The notes under the pieces: model-generated
Told to the model about the DNA's origin: nothing
What the model saw: the letters and a program-made list of their open reading frames with translations, nothing else
Databases searched by the model: none
Made by a program: the position numbers and the translations under genes
Shown: positions 53,493 to 62,530 of the stretch, in pieces
Numbering within the stretch: position 1 is the first letter of the stretch
How the letters are laid out: the number at the start of each line of letters is the position of its first letter
Assembly (NCBI GenBank): GCA_015063325.1
Contig: SVUK01000006.1
Location: 140,654-204,653 of the forward strand
Length of the DNA: 64,000 bases
Direction of reading: 5' to 3'
From: Oscillospiraceae bacterium
GTDB lineage: Bacteria; Bacillota; Clostridia; Oscillospirales; CAG-272

Positions 53493-54623
53493 TCAGAAAT
53501 AATTGTTCGGTTCCGTCTCTTTAATCTTCGGTGTTTCGGTAAATACGATCTCATTTACGACGATCTTGTCCGCGTAGCTTTTGCATTGCTTTGCAAACAG
53601 TTCTGCCATCAAATTGTCGGCAAACGAGGTAAACCAAACGGCGTTAACGCTTAAATCGTAAGCTTCGGGCGTCGGCTCGTACCGCCGAACGATCTGAATT
53701 CCTTCAGAAAGCTCCAAAAGTGCAATTTCTCCAATTTTCATTGTACCTAATTTTTCGCGGATCTCCTCTTCTGCCGTTCCGCTGCTGAGAGTTCCGCTGA
53801 TCGGAAGATAGTAGCCGTCGGTAAATTCGTCTTCTCCGTTTTCTCCTGTCAATGCGGCTTCAAACGCGGCTTCTTCTTTGCCTTGCAGTTCGGCAAATAA
53901 AGTGTTTGCTTTGGCGCGCTGTTCGTCTTTTTCTTCGTCGGTCATTGCGCGAATTGTTTCATTTTCGTCGTCGGAAGTTTCATAAAAAGGAAACAGGATT
54001 CGCTTGTAGTGGAAATAGTTGGCATTCAGATAGGGATCTTTGACAGTCGCGTCCAACAATTTCGCATTTTCTCCATACAGAAAAATCATGGCGGCTTCGT
54101 TCTTTGCTTCTATTTCATAAAATGATTTAAGCAGATCGTAATTCACGCCGTATTTTGAAAGAATGGAATTCAGTTTTGCTTTGGAACCGTTCGCCTGATA
54201 GGTCAAAAGATCGTTCATCTTTTCGTCAATGTTTGCGCGCGCCGACTCGGATAGGAAAAGATGATTCTTTTCAAAAATCCAAAGACCGACGAGGTAAGTT
54301 TTGCAATTCTCCAAAACCTGTTCGCTGTAGAAGGTATCCCATGTTTTCAAAGTATCGGTTTCGTCAAAGTATCCCTGCACATCCCAAAAAGCGGCTTCAT
54401 CGGCGCTTCCGGCACTGTTTGCAATCCCCTGACGGACAAAATAGCCGCGCAAACGCGAAAGCAGAAATTGAAAAGAATTGACCGAAAACGTGACCTTTGT
54501 ACCTTCTAAATCCAATGTCAAAAGCGTTTTTCCTTGTTTGCCGGCGCAGGCGGCAAGCGGCAGAACAAGCAAAATTGCAAGGAACAACGCGACGGCACGC
54601 CACCGCAGATGATATTTTTTCAT
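53493..54623 (-). CDS. PrsA/parvulin-like lipoprotein foldase (divergent)
   Basis: Lipobox LPLAAC, helical N domain, parvulin-like segment (YKRILF...KIGEIALLELSEGIQIVRR); position downstream of mfd is typical of Clostridia. Start 54623. Confidence 0.6.
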   Translation of the reverse strand: MKKYHLRWRAVALFLAILLVLPLAACAGKQGKTLLTLDLEGTKVTFSVNSFQFLLSRLRGYFVRQGIANSAGSADEAAFWDVQGYFDETDTLKTWDTFYSEQVLENCKTYLVGLWIFEKNHLFLSESARANIDEKMNDLLTYQANGSKAKLNSILSKYGVNYDLLKSFYEIEAKNEAAMIFLYGENAKLLDATVKDPYLNANYFHYKRILFPFYETSDDENETIRAMTDEEKDEQRAKANTLFAELQGKEEAAFEAALTGENGEDEFTDGYYLPISGTLSSGTAEEEIREKLGTMKIGEIALLELSEGIQIVRRYEPTPEAYDLSVNAVWFTSFADNLMAELFAKQCKSYADKIVVNEIVFTETPKIKETEPNNYF

Positions 54624-54669
54624 AAAAGCAGATCCTTCCTTTTTCTCTTCAGAGTTAAAATGATTAGTG

Positions 54670-57600
54670 TTAATTGTCCTGATAGTGTTCCGATGAAGAT
54701 TGAGAAGCAGATGGCTTTGCCGCACGGTAAAGATCGATACATTCCTGCAACTGATCCAGCACGGTTTCTTTTTTCGCAACCTTTAAAACAAGATGCGGTT
54801 CGCCAGAAACCAGCATACGCAATTTTCCGCTGAAACGATCGGAAACTTCGGTCCATTTTTCAAGCTCCAACTCGCGCGGGAAAATGTGAACTTCGTTTCC
54901 CGTTTGCCGGATGGATGTCAAGTTTGCAGCAACTGCGGCGCTGTGAATGCGCGCGATTTTGAGCAGATTTTGCGTTGGTTTGGGCGGCTCCCCGTAACGG
55001 TCGCCGAGTTCGTCCAGCATATCCTGCAAATCATCCTCGGTGGCAATCAGGGCAATTTTTTTGTAAAGCGCCATGCGCTGGGCAGGATAGGGAATATATT
55101 TTTCGGGGAGATAAGCGTCAAAGTCAAGGCTGACGGTGCATTCTGCCTCCGGCGCAATCTCTTCGCCGCGTTCTTCGAGGACGGCACGATTCAATAGTTT
55201 GATATAAAGATCGTAACCAATCGCGTCGAGATGCCCGTGCTGTTCGGCGCCAAGCAGATTCCCGGCGCCGCGAATTTCTAAATCGCGCAGGGCAATTTTG
55301 AAGCCGGCACCGAATTCGGCGTATTCCCGAACGGCTTCCAAACGCTTGCGCGCAATATCGGTCAGCGCACGGTAGGGCGGATAGGTGAAATAGGCGTACG
55401 CACGGCGCGAGGATCGACCAACCCGACCGCGAATCTGATGGAGCTGGGAAAGTCCGAGCCGGTGCGAATTGGAAACGATCAGCGTATTTGCGTTCGGAAC
55501 GTCCACGCCGGTTTCAATAATGGTGGTACAAACCAAAATGTCAATCTTTCCGGCAAGCATTTCCTCCCAAATTTTTTCCAGCTCTTCCTTTTCCATTTTT
55601 CCGTGCCCCACACGTACATGCGCTTCGGGAATGGCTTCTTGTATTTTTGCGGCAACCGAATAGATCGTTTCCACATCGTTGTGCAGATAAAAGATTTGTC
55701 CGCCGCGCCGCAGTTCGCGTCGCATAGCTTCCTCTAAAATCAAAGGATCTTCTTCTAAAACATAGGTTTGAACGGGGAGACGGTCGGTTGGCGCTTCGTC
55801 AAGAATTGAAATATCCCGAATACCGCCCATCGCCATATTCAGCGTGCGCGGAATGGGGGTTGCCGAAAGAGAAAGAACGTCAATTCCGGAAGAAAGCTGT
55901 TTCAGCTTTTCTTTTTGCGCAACGCCGAAGCGCTGCTCTTCATCCACAATCAGCAATCCGAGATCATGAAATTTCACATCCTTGGAAAGCAGACGGTGGG
56001 TGCCGACGAGAATGTCCACGTCACCGCGCGCCAGCCGACGGAGCGTTTCCGCCTGCTGCTTTGGCGTTCGAAAGCGAGAGAGCATTTCCACATTGACGGC
56101 AAAACTGCGCATCCGGCTGACCATCGTTTGATAATGTTGCAGGGCAAGCAGAGTGGTCGGAACGAGCAGAGCGACCTGCTTGCCGCCCAAAACGGCTTTG
56201 TAGGCGGCGCGCAAAGCAACCTCGGTTTTTCCGTAGCCAACGTCGCCGCAGAGCAGGCGATCCATCGGAACGGCGCGCATCATGTCCGATTTGATCTCGT
56301 CCGCCGCGGTTTTTTGACTTTCGGTTTCGGTGTATTCAAAAGCTTCTTCAAAAGCTTTTTGATATTTATCATCGGCAGGAAAGGCAAACCCGGGGAGGCG
56401 CATCCGCTGGGCATAAAGCCGAATCAAATCTTTCGCCATGTCTTTAACGGCGGCTTTTGCGCGCTGTTTGGATTTCTGCCAGCTTTCGCCGCCCATTTTG
56501 GAAAGCTTGAGCAGTCCGTCATCAGCATGCGCACCGATATATTTGGAAACGCGATCCAGTTGTTCTACAGGAAGGAACAGGCGGTCGCTTCCGGCATATT
56601 GAATGCCGATATAATCATGGGTTACACCGTCCACCGTCAGCGTTTCGATCCCGGTGTATTGACCGATACCGTATTTTTCGTGAACGACGTAATCTCCCGT
56701 TTCCAGCTCGGCAAAGGAAAGAATACTTTTGGTGTCCTTGCGCTTTTTGCGAACGAGCGAAGATTTTCCGCCGATGCCGGGAACCGCAGGGCGGATATCC
56801 GAGCCGGCGGAAAGAACGGCAAACCGAGGAACAATCAGCTCAAATCCGGCAAAATCGTTTCGAGCAAGCAGACAAACCGAACCGGGGGGAAGCTCCTCCG
56901 GCGTTTGCGGTTCCTGAAACACCGAAAATCCGGCACTTTGAATACTCTCTTTCAGTTGCGCTTCGGCAATTGGATTATCGGCAAGAATAACGCAACGATA
57001 GCCGCCGCGGATTAAACCGTCCAAATCCTCCAAAAACAGCGCTTCATTTCCGGAATATGCGGCGGTATGACGGGTGCGGAAACCGAAGAGACCGGCGAGT
57101 TTTCGGTCGGTCAGATGATAGGAAATCGAGTCTAAATGCAGGGTTATATTCCGGTCAAAAAAGCGATCCAACTCGGAGACCGATTTTGCATAATCGGCAA
57201 CAGGCACAGAGAGCATCCCCGTTTCCAAAAGCTCGGCAACCGTTTCACCGAGATGTGCTTCAAATCCTTTCGCACGTTGGCGAACGGCGGTTGTTCCAAC
57301 GATCAGAATCAAGGAACTTTCGGGGAAATAGTCGACCAGCGTTGCTCTTTCTGGATAGATCAGCGAAACATATTTATCCGAAAAGGGAAGATCTCCGCCG
57401 CTTTGTAAGGCGGCGTCAATGGCAAATGCTTCCTTTTTTAATTCTGTCAGAGTTGCGTCCTTTTCTGTTGATCGAATCAGACCGGCAATCTCCTTTTTCA
57501 GACGTTCCAGCGTGGCTTTGTCCCAAAGAAGTTCGCGCGCCGGCTGAAAATCTGCGCCGGTCACCGATTGCGTCATACGTTGGGTGTCCGGTTCAAAAAC

Positions 57601-58266
57601 CCCCATGCGGTCAATTTCGTCGCCGAAGAGTTCTATACGAAGCGCATAGGCGCCGCGTAATTCGCCTCCGTCCCGATCGGTAAAAATACCGTAGGGAGGG
57701 AAGATGTCCACAATGCCGCCGCGAACGGCAAACTGCCCGGGACTGTCAACAAGATCAACGCGCACGTATCCTGCCTCCGAAAGGCGGTTGGCAAATGCTT
57801 GGGGATCCAAACGATCGGATTCGTCAATGGTAATTGTAGAGCGCAGAAGCCGGTCGGGCGGAATGGTGTATCCCATTGCGGCGTCCGGCGTAGTCAGTAT
57901 CACATCGTAGTCGCCGCCGGCAAGACCGGAAAGAATTCGCAGACGTTCGTGCTCGTACTCGTGGGAAGCGGTCATAAAATGGAAGGTCAGATCGCGCGCC
58001 ATATAAAATCCGGCGCGAATGCCGAAACGCTCCAAAACCGAGGCGAGACGAACGCATTCTTTTTCCTCGGAACAAATCAAAAGCGCGGCGGCTTTCCGGA
58101 CCTCGCGCGTATCTTCCAACAGGGAGATCAGAAGCGCGTCGGAGGCGCCGTCGCATAGACCGGAAACCACGATCGGCAAAGGATTCGGACGAAAATCCCG
58201 GCGCACCGTTGCAAGAAGTTGGGCGTATTCGGGATCCAGCCGAATGCAGGAGGAGAGAATGCTCAT
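54670..58266 (-). CDS. mfd: Transcription-repair coupling factor
   Basis: GQFAVRGGIVDIF, GDYVVHEKYGIG, DRLLCGDVGYGKTEVA, VDEEQRFGV, SATPIPRTL, QIRGRVGRS, DLEIRGAGNLLG. Start 58266. Confidence 0.98.
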   Translation of the reverse strand: MSILSSCIRLDPEYAQLLATVRRDFRPNPLPIVVSGLCDGASDALLISLLEDTREVRKAAALLICSEEKECVRLASVLERFGIRAGFYMARDLTFHFMTASHEYEHERLRILSGLAGGDYDVILTTPDAAMGYTIPPDRLLRSTITIDESDRLDPQAFANRLSEAGYVRVDLVDSPGQFAVRGGIVDIFPPYGIFTDRDGGELRGAYALRIELFGDEIDRMGVFEPDTQRMTQSVTGADFQPARELLWDKATLERLKKEIAGLIRSTEKDATLTELKKEAFAIDAALQSGGDLPFSDKYVSLIYPERATLVDYFPESSLILIVGTTAVRQRAKGFEAHLGETVAELLETGMLSVPVADYAKSVSELDRFFDRNITLHLDSISYHLTDRKLAGLFGFRTRHTAAYSGNEALFLEDLDGLIRGGYRCVILADNPIAEAQLKESIQSAGFSVFQEPQTPEELPPGSVCLLARNDFAGFELIVPRFAVLSAGSDIRPAVPGIGGKSSLVRKKRKDTKSILSFAELETGDYVVHEKYGIGQYTGIETLTVDGVTHDYIGIQYAGSDRLFLPVEQLDRVSKYIGAHADDGLLKLSKMGGESWQKSKQRAKAAVKDMAKDLIRLYAQRMRLPGFAFPADDKYQKAFEEAFEYTETESQKTAADEIKSDMMRAVPMDRLLCGDVGYGKTEVALRAAYKAVLGGKQVALLVPTTLLALQHYQTMVSRMRSFAVNVEMLSRFRTPKQQAETLRRLARGDVDILVGTHRLLSKDVKFHDLGLLIVDEEQRFGVAQKEKLKQLSSGIDVLSLSATPIPRTLNMAMGGIRDISILDEAPTDRLPVQTYVLEEDPLILEEAMRRELRRGGQIFYLHNDVETIYSVAAKIQEAIPEAHVRVGHGKMEKEELEKIWEEMLAGKIDILVCTTIIETGVDVPNANTLIVSNSHRLGLSQLHQIRGRVGRSSRRAYAYFTYPPYRALTDIARKRLEAVREYAEFGAGFKIALRDLEIRGAGNLLGAEQHGHLDAIGYDLYIKLLNRAVLEERGEEIAPEAECTVSLDFDAYLPEKYIPYPAQRMALYKKIALIATEDDLQDMLDELGDRYGEPPKPTQNLLKIARIHSAAVAANLTSIRQTGNEVHIFPRELELEKWTEVSDRFSGKLRMLVSGEPHLVLKVAKKETVLDQLQECIDLYRAAKPSASQSSSEHYQDN

Positions 58267-58916
58267 GCGTTTTCGCCCTCCGGTAAAAAGCCGTTGCAAA
58301 GCTGCATAGCTCCGTCAAAATCTTTTAAGAGCAATTTTTTTAAGCCGCTTTCAACAATAGGGAACGCTTTTTGCAAAAGTTTTCGATCGGTTTCGGAAAA
58401 AGATGACAAAACCCAGTCTGCAAGATCGTAATCGGGGTGCGGTTTTTCACCGATTCCAATGCGAATCCGGGGAAAATCCTCGGTCCCGAGACAGGAAATG
58501 ATATCTTTCAGTCCGTTGTGCCCCCCGGCGCTTCCTTTTCTGCGAACGCGCAAATGCGCAACGGGCAGGGAGATGTCGTCAGATATCACAATCACGTTGC
58601 TTGCCGGGATTTTGTAGAAGTCCGCGGCTTCACCAACGGCAAGACCGGAAAGATTCATCAGAGTTTGCGGTTTCATCAAAAGCACGCGAACTCCCTCAAT
58701 CACAGCTTCTCCGACCAAGGAATGAAATTTTGCGTGATCGACGGTCGTACCGGCGGATGCGGCAATAAAATCCAATGCCAAAAAGCCGGTGTTGTGTCGT
58801 GTGCCGGCGTACTGCTTTCCCGTATTTCCAAGTCCGACAATCAAGAAAGAGATCGGCTCTTTTTGTGCAGACTCTTTTTTTTCAATTTTACGAAACAAAT
58901 CAAAAATATTCGACAT
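58263..58916 (-). CDS. pth: Peptidyl-tRNA hydrolase
   Basis: LIVGLGN..Y..TRHNTGF, KPQTLMNLSG, DDISL, GSAGGHNGLK, RIRIGIG. Confidence 0.97.
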   Translation of the reverse strand: MSNIFDLFRKIEKKESAQKEPISFLIVGLGNTGKQYAGTRHNTGFLALDFIAASAGTTVDHAKFHSLVGEAVIEGVRVLLMKPQTLMNLSGLAVGEAADFYKIPASNVIVISDDISLPVAHLRVRRKGSAGGHNGLKDIISCLGTEDFPRIRIGIGEKPHPDYDLADWVLSSFSETDRKLLQKAFPIVESGLKKLLLKDFDGAMQLCNGFLPEGENA

Positions 58917-59028
58917 GGTTGATTATCCTTTCCGGTTCCCCCGAATACGCCAAAAGGCGCCCGATTCCGTTTGCCCGAGGTTCATCGGTGCCGCGGAATC
59001 CGCCGCGCATTGTTTTTATTCTTTCTGT

Positions 59029-59057
59029 ATTATACATGATTTTCGGGAGTTTGTCAA
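59029..59057 (-). promoter_or_regulatory. SigA promoter for pth-mfd
   Basis: Perfect TTGACA-17 nt-TATAAT with extended -10 TG. Confidence 0.88.
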
Positions 59058-59257
59058 ACGAAAAACGTGCATTTTTAGCCGTTCACAAAATGTTTACAAT
59101 TTTGAAATATATTTCTGACTGTAAAACTATGGAAAAAAAGAGAAAAATATGGTATAATGCAAGGCGAACTGTGACATGGACAACCGTGCGACGGCTTTTT
59201 TGTGTGCAAAAGGGAGTTTCATGTCGAGAAAAATCAAAATTTGGAGGAATACCAAAC

Positions 59258-61903
59258 ATGGCAAAGAAGTATTGCTATCTGTTCACCGAAGGTGATGCCA
59301 GCATGCGCAACCTGCTGGGCGGCAAAGGCGCAAACCTTGCGGAAATGACCAAGATCGGTCTCCCGGTTCCCCAGGGCTTCACCATTTCCACTGAGGCTTG
59401 CACGCAGTATTATGAGGACGGCAGAACCATCAACGATTCCATCATGGCGGAGATCATGAAAAACGTTGAAAAAATGGAAGAGATCAACGGCAAAAAGTTC
59501 GGCGATCTTAAAAATCCGTTGCTCGTTTCTGTTCGTTCCGGCGCTCGCGCTTCCATGCCGGGTATGATGGATACCATCCTGAACCTCGGTTTGAACGACG
59601 ATGTAGTTGCCGCAATGATCAAAGGCAACCCCGATCCCGCATTCGAGCGTTTCGTATACGACTCTTACAGACGTTTCATTCAAATGTTCTCCGACGTCGT
59701 TATGGAAGTTGGCAAGAAGTATTTTGAACAGCTGATCGACAAGATGAAAGAGCAGAAGGGCGTGAAGTTCGACGTTGATTTGACCGCCGCTGACCTCAAA
59801 GAGCTTGCCGGACAGTTCAAAGCAGAATACAAGAAACAGTTGGGCAAAGATTTCCCGAGCGATCCGAAGGAACAGCTCTACGAAGCAATTCGCGCCGTCT
59901 TCCGCTCTTGGGACAACCCCCGTGCCAACGTTTATCGCCGCGACAACGACATTCCGTACTCTTGGGGTACCGCCGTCAACGTGATGCCGATGGTGTTCGG
60001 TAACCTGAACAACAATTCCGGTACAGGCGTTGCTTTCACGCGCGACCCTGCAACCGGCGAAAAGAAACTGATGGGCGAATTCCTCGTCAATGCACAGGGC
60101 GAAGACGTTGTTGCAGGCGTTCGTACCCCGATGCCTATCGCACAGATGGAAAAACAGTTCCCCGAAGCTTACGCACAGTTCGTTGAAGTTTGCGGAATTT
60201 TGGAGAACCGTTACCGCGATATGCAGGATATGGAATTCACCGTTGAAAACGGCAAACTCTATATGCTTCAGTGCCGCAACGGTAAGAGAACCGCACAGGC
60301 AGCTCTCCAAATCGCATGCGACCTCGTTGACGAAGGCATGAGAACCGAGAAGGAAGCCGTTCTGATGATCGATCCTCGTAACCTTGACACGCTTCTGCAC
60401 CCACAGTTTGACGCAAAAGCTCTCAAAGCCGCAAAACCGCTCGGTCGCGGTTTGGGCGCTTCTCCCGGAGCCGCTTGCGGACAGATCGTCTTCACCGCTG
60501 ATGATGCCGAGGCTTGGAAGAAAGCCGGCAAGAAGGTCGTCCTCGTTCGCTTGGAGACCTCTCCCGAAGATATCACCGGTATGAAAGCCGCACAGGGCAT
60601 TCTGACCGTTCGCGGCGGTATGACCTCTCACGCAGCCGTCGTTGCTCGCGGTATGGGTACCTGCTGCGTTTCCGGATGCGGCGACATTGTTATGGACGAG
60701 GAGAACAAGAAGTTTACCCTCGCCGGCAAGACCTTCCATGAAGGCGACGTCATCTCCATCGACGGTTCCACCGGTAACATTTACGGCGAAGCCATCGCAA
60801 CCGTTGACGCCACCATCGGCGGCAACTTCGGACGCATCATGGCTTGGGCTGATAAATATCGCAAACTCAAGGTCCGCACCAATGCCGACACGCCGCGCGA
60901 CGCAAAGAAAGCGCGCGAGCTGGGCGCCGAGGGCATCGGACTTTGCCGCACCGAGCATATGTTCTTCGAGCCGGATCGTATCGCAGCATTCCGCGAAATG
61001 ATCTGCTCGGATACCGTTGAGGAAAGAGAAGCTGCTCTTGCAAAGATTCTGCCCATGCAGCAGAGCGATTTCGAGAAACTCTACGAAGCTTTGGAAGGCT
61101 ACCCGGTTGTTATCCGCTTCCTGGATCCGCCGCTCCACGAGTTCGTTCCCACCACCGAGGAGGACATTGCTCTCCTCGCAAAGGCACAGGGCAAGACCGT
61201 TGAGCAGATCAAAGCGATTATCGCAAGCCTGCACGAGTTCAACCCCATGATGGGTCACCGCGGATGCCGCCTTGCAGTTACCTATCCGGAAATCGCCGCA
61301 ATGCAAACCCGTGCCGTCATTCGCGCCGCTATCAACACCAAGAAAGCTCACCCCGATTGGAATGTTGAACCCGAGATCATGATTCCGCTGGTTGGCGAAG
61401 TCAAAGAGCTCAAGTATGTCAAGAATACCGTCGTTAAAGTTGCCGACGAGGAAATTGCCGCCGCAAAGAGCAATCTGAAGTATCAGGTTGGTACCATGAT
61501 CGAGATTCCGCGCGCCGCTCTGACCGCCGATGAGATCGCAAAAGAAGCCGAATTCTTCTGCTTCGGTACCAATGACCTCACTCAGATGACCTTCGGCTTC
61601 AGCCGCGATGATGCCGGCAAATTCCTGGGCGCTTACTACGACGCCAAGATTTACGAGAACGATCCGTTTGCAAAACTCGACCAGGTCGGTGTTGGCAAAC
61701 TGATGAAGATGGCTGTTACTCTCGGTCGTGAAGCTCGTCCGGGCCTCTCCTGCGGTATCTGCGGAGAGCACGGCGGCGATCCCACGTCGGTTGAGTTCTG
61801 CCATGAGATCGGTCTGGACTACGTTTCCTGCTCGCCTTACCGTGTACCGATCGCACGCCTCGCCGCTGCACAGGCTGCAATCAAGGAAGCAGAAGCAAAA
61901 TAA
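59258..61903 (+). CDS. ppdK: Pyruvate, phosphate dikinase
   Basis: LLGGKGANLAEM, SVRSGARASMPGMMDT, RGGMTSHAAVVARG (phospho-His), GIGLCRTEHMF, FGTNDLTQ, GICGEHGG. Start 59258 after GGAGG. Confidence 0.99.
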   Translation: MAKKYCYLFTEGDASMRNLLGGKGANLAEMTKIGLPVPQGFTISTEACTQYYEDGRTINDSIMAEIMKNVEKMEEINGKKFGDLKNPLLVSVRSGARASMPGMMDTILNLGLNDDVVAAMIKGNPDPAFERFVYDSYRRFIQMFSDVVMEVGKKYFEQLIDKMKEQKGVKFDVDLTAADLKELAGQFKAEYKKQLGKDFPSDPKEQLYEAIRAVFRSWDNPRANVYRRDNDIPYSWGTAVNVMPMVFGNLNNNSGTGVAFTRDPATGEKKLMGEFLVNAQGEDVVAGVRTPMPIAQMEKQFPEAYAQFVEVCGILENRYRDMQDMEFTVENGKLYMLQCRNGKRTAQAALQIACDLVDEGMRTEKEAVLMIDPRNLDTLLHPQFDAKALKAAKPLGRGLGASPGAACGQIVFTADDAEAWKKAGKKVVLVRLETSPEDITGMKAAQGILTVRGGMTSHAAVVARGMGTCCVSGCGDIVMDEENKKFTLAGKTFHEGDVISIDGSTGNIYGEAIATVDATIGGNFGRIMAWADKYRKLKVRTNADTPRDAKKARELGAEGIGLCRTEHMFFEPDRIAAFREMICSDTVEEREAALAKILPMQQSDFEKLYEALEGYPVVIRFLDPPLHEFVPTTEEDIALLAKAQGKTVEQIKAIIASLHEFNPMMGHRGCRLAVTYPEIAAMQTRAVIRAAINTKKAHPDWNVEPEIMIPLVGEVKELKYVKNTVVKVADEEIAAAKSNLKYQVGTMIEIPRAALTADEIAKEAEFFCFGTNDLTQMTFGFSRDDAGKFLGAYYDAKIYENDPFAKLDQVGVGKLMKMAVTLGREARPGLSCGICGEHGGDPTSVEFCHEIGLDYVSCSPYRVPIARLAAAQAAIKEAEAK

Positions 61904-61935
61904 TTTGCCGCTGAATCCTTCCATCATTTTATAAT

Positions 61936-61975
61936 TGCAAGCCGCTGTGCCATTTGACACAGCGGCTTGTTTTAT
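61936..61975 (+). terminator. Terminator after ppdK
   Basis: caagccgctgtg-ccatttga-cacagcggcttg-tttt. Confidence 0.85.
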
Positions 61976-61999
61976 ATAATGATGGTTGCGTTTTGTCCC

Positions 62000-62028
62000 T
62001 TTACATTTTTTCATTTCTATCGTATAAT
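62000..62028 (+). promoter_or_regulatory. SigA promoter for the XRE-sigma4 / membrane protein pair
   Basis: TTTACA-17 nt-TATAAT. Confidence 0.7.
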
Positions 62029-62077
62029 ACAAGCGAAGACGTCTTCCGGGAAAATGCAGGGAAAGGAGAAAAAACTT

Positions 62078-62530
62078 TTGGATATTGCAAAAGCAATCGG
62101 CAAGCTCCGGGCGGATCAAAATCTATCGCAGGACGACCTTGCAAAAAAGCTGTTCGTTTCGCGCGATCTCATTGCAAAGTGGGAAACCGGAGCAAGACGC
62201 CCCGATTGGCAGACGATCGAAAGAATTGCAGCCGTTTTCGGGGTTTCTCCTTCTTTCATTGCCGATAAGAGCGAGTTGGTTATGAAGGAGCTTTCCAAAT
62301 GTTTGCCAAAGGATTGCCCAATGTCCGTTGCGGAGTTGATTCCCGTTCTCAATTCCTTTTTGGAACGCTTGACCGAAACTGAAGCAAACATATTTCTGCA
62401 AAGGTATTATTTTCTGAAAAATATTGCCGATATTGCTGTAATTTATCATTTGGGAAGTTCCCATGTTCGAACAATCCTTTCCAGAACTAGAAAAAAACTG
62501 AAAAAATACATCCGGGAGGTAGAAAAATGA
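62078..62530 (+). CDS. Hybrid regulator: N-terminal XRE (HTH_3) domain fused to an ECF-type sigma region 4
   Basis: LRADQNLSQDDLAKKLFVSRDLIAKWETGARRPD (XRE), then ELSKCLP...LNSFLERLTETEANIFLQRYYFLKNIADIA...VRTILSRTRKKLK (sigma 4). TTG 62078 after AAGGAG; ATG 62054 is an alternative. Confidence 0.8.
   Translation: MDIAKAIGKLRADQNLSQDDLAKKLFVSRDLIAKWETGARRPDWQTIERIAAVFGVSPSFIADKSELVMKELSKCLPKDCPMSVAELIPVLNSFLERLTETEANIFLQRYYFLKNIADIAVIYHLGSSHVRTILSRTRKKLKKYIREVEK

Noticed and set aside
59071-59120. Rex or CcpA (cre) operator upstream of ppdK
   Set aside because: Only one Rex half-site (TTCACAA) matches, and no TGWNANCGNTNWCA match was found.
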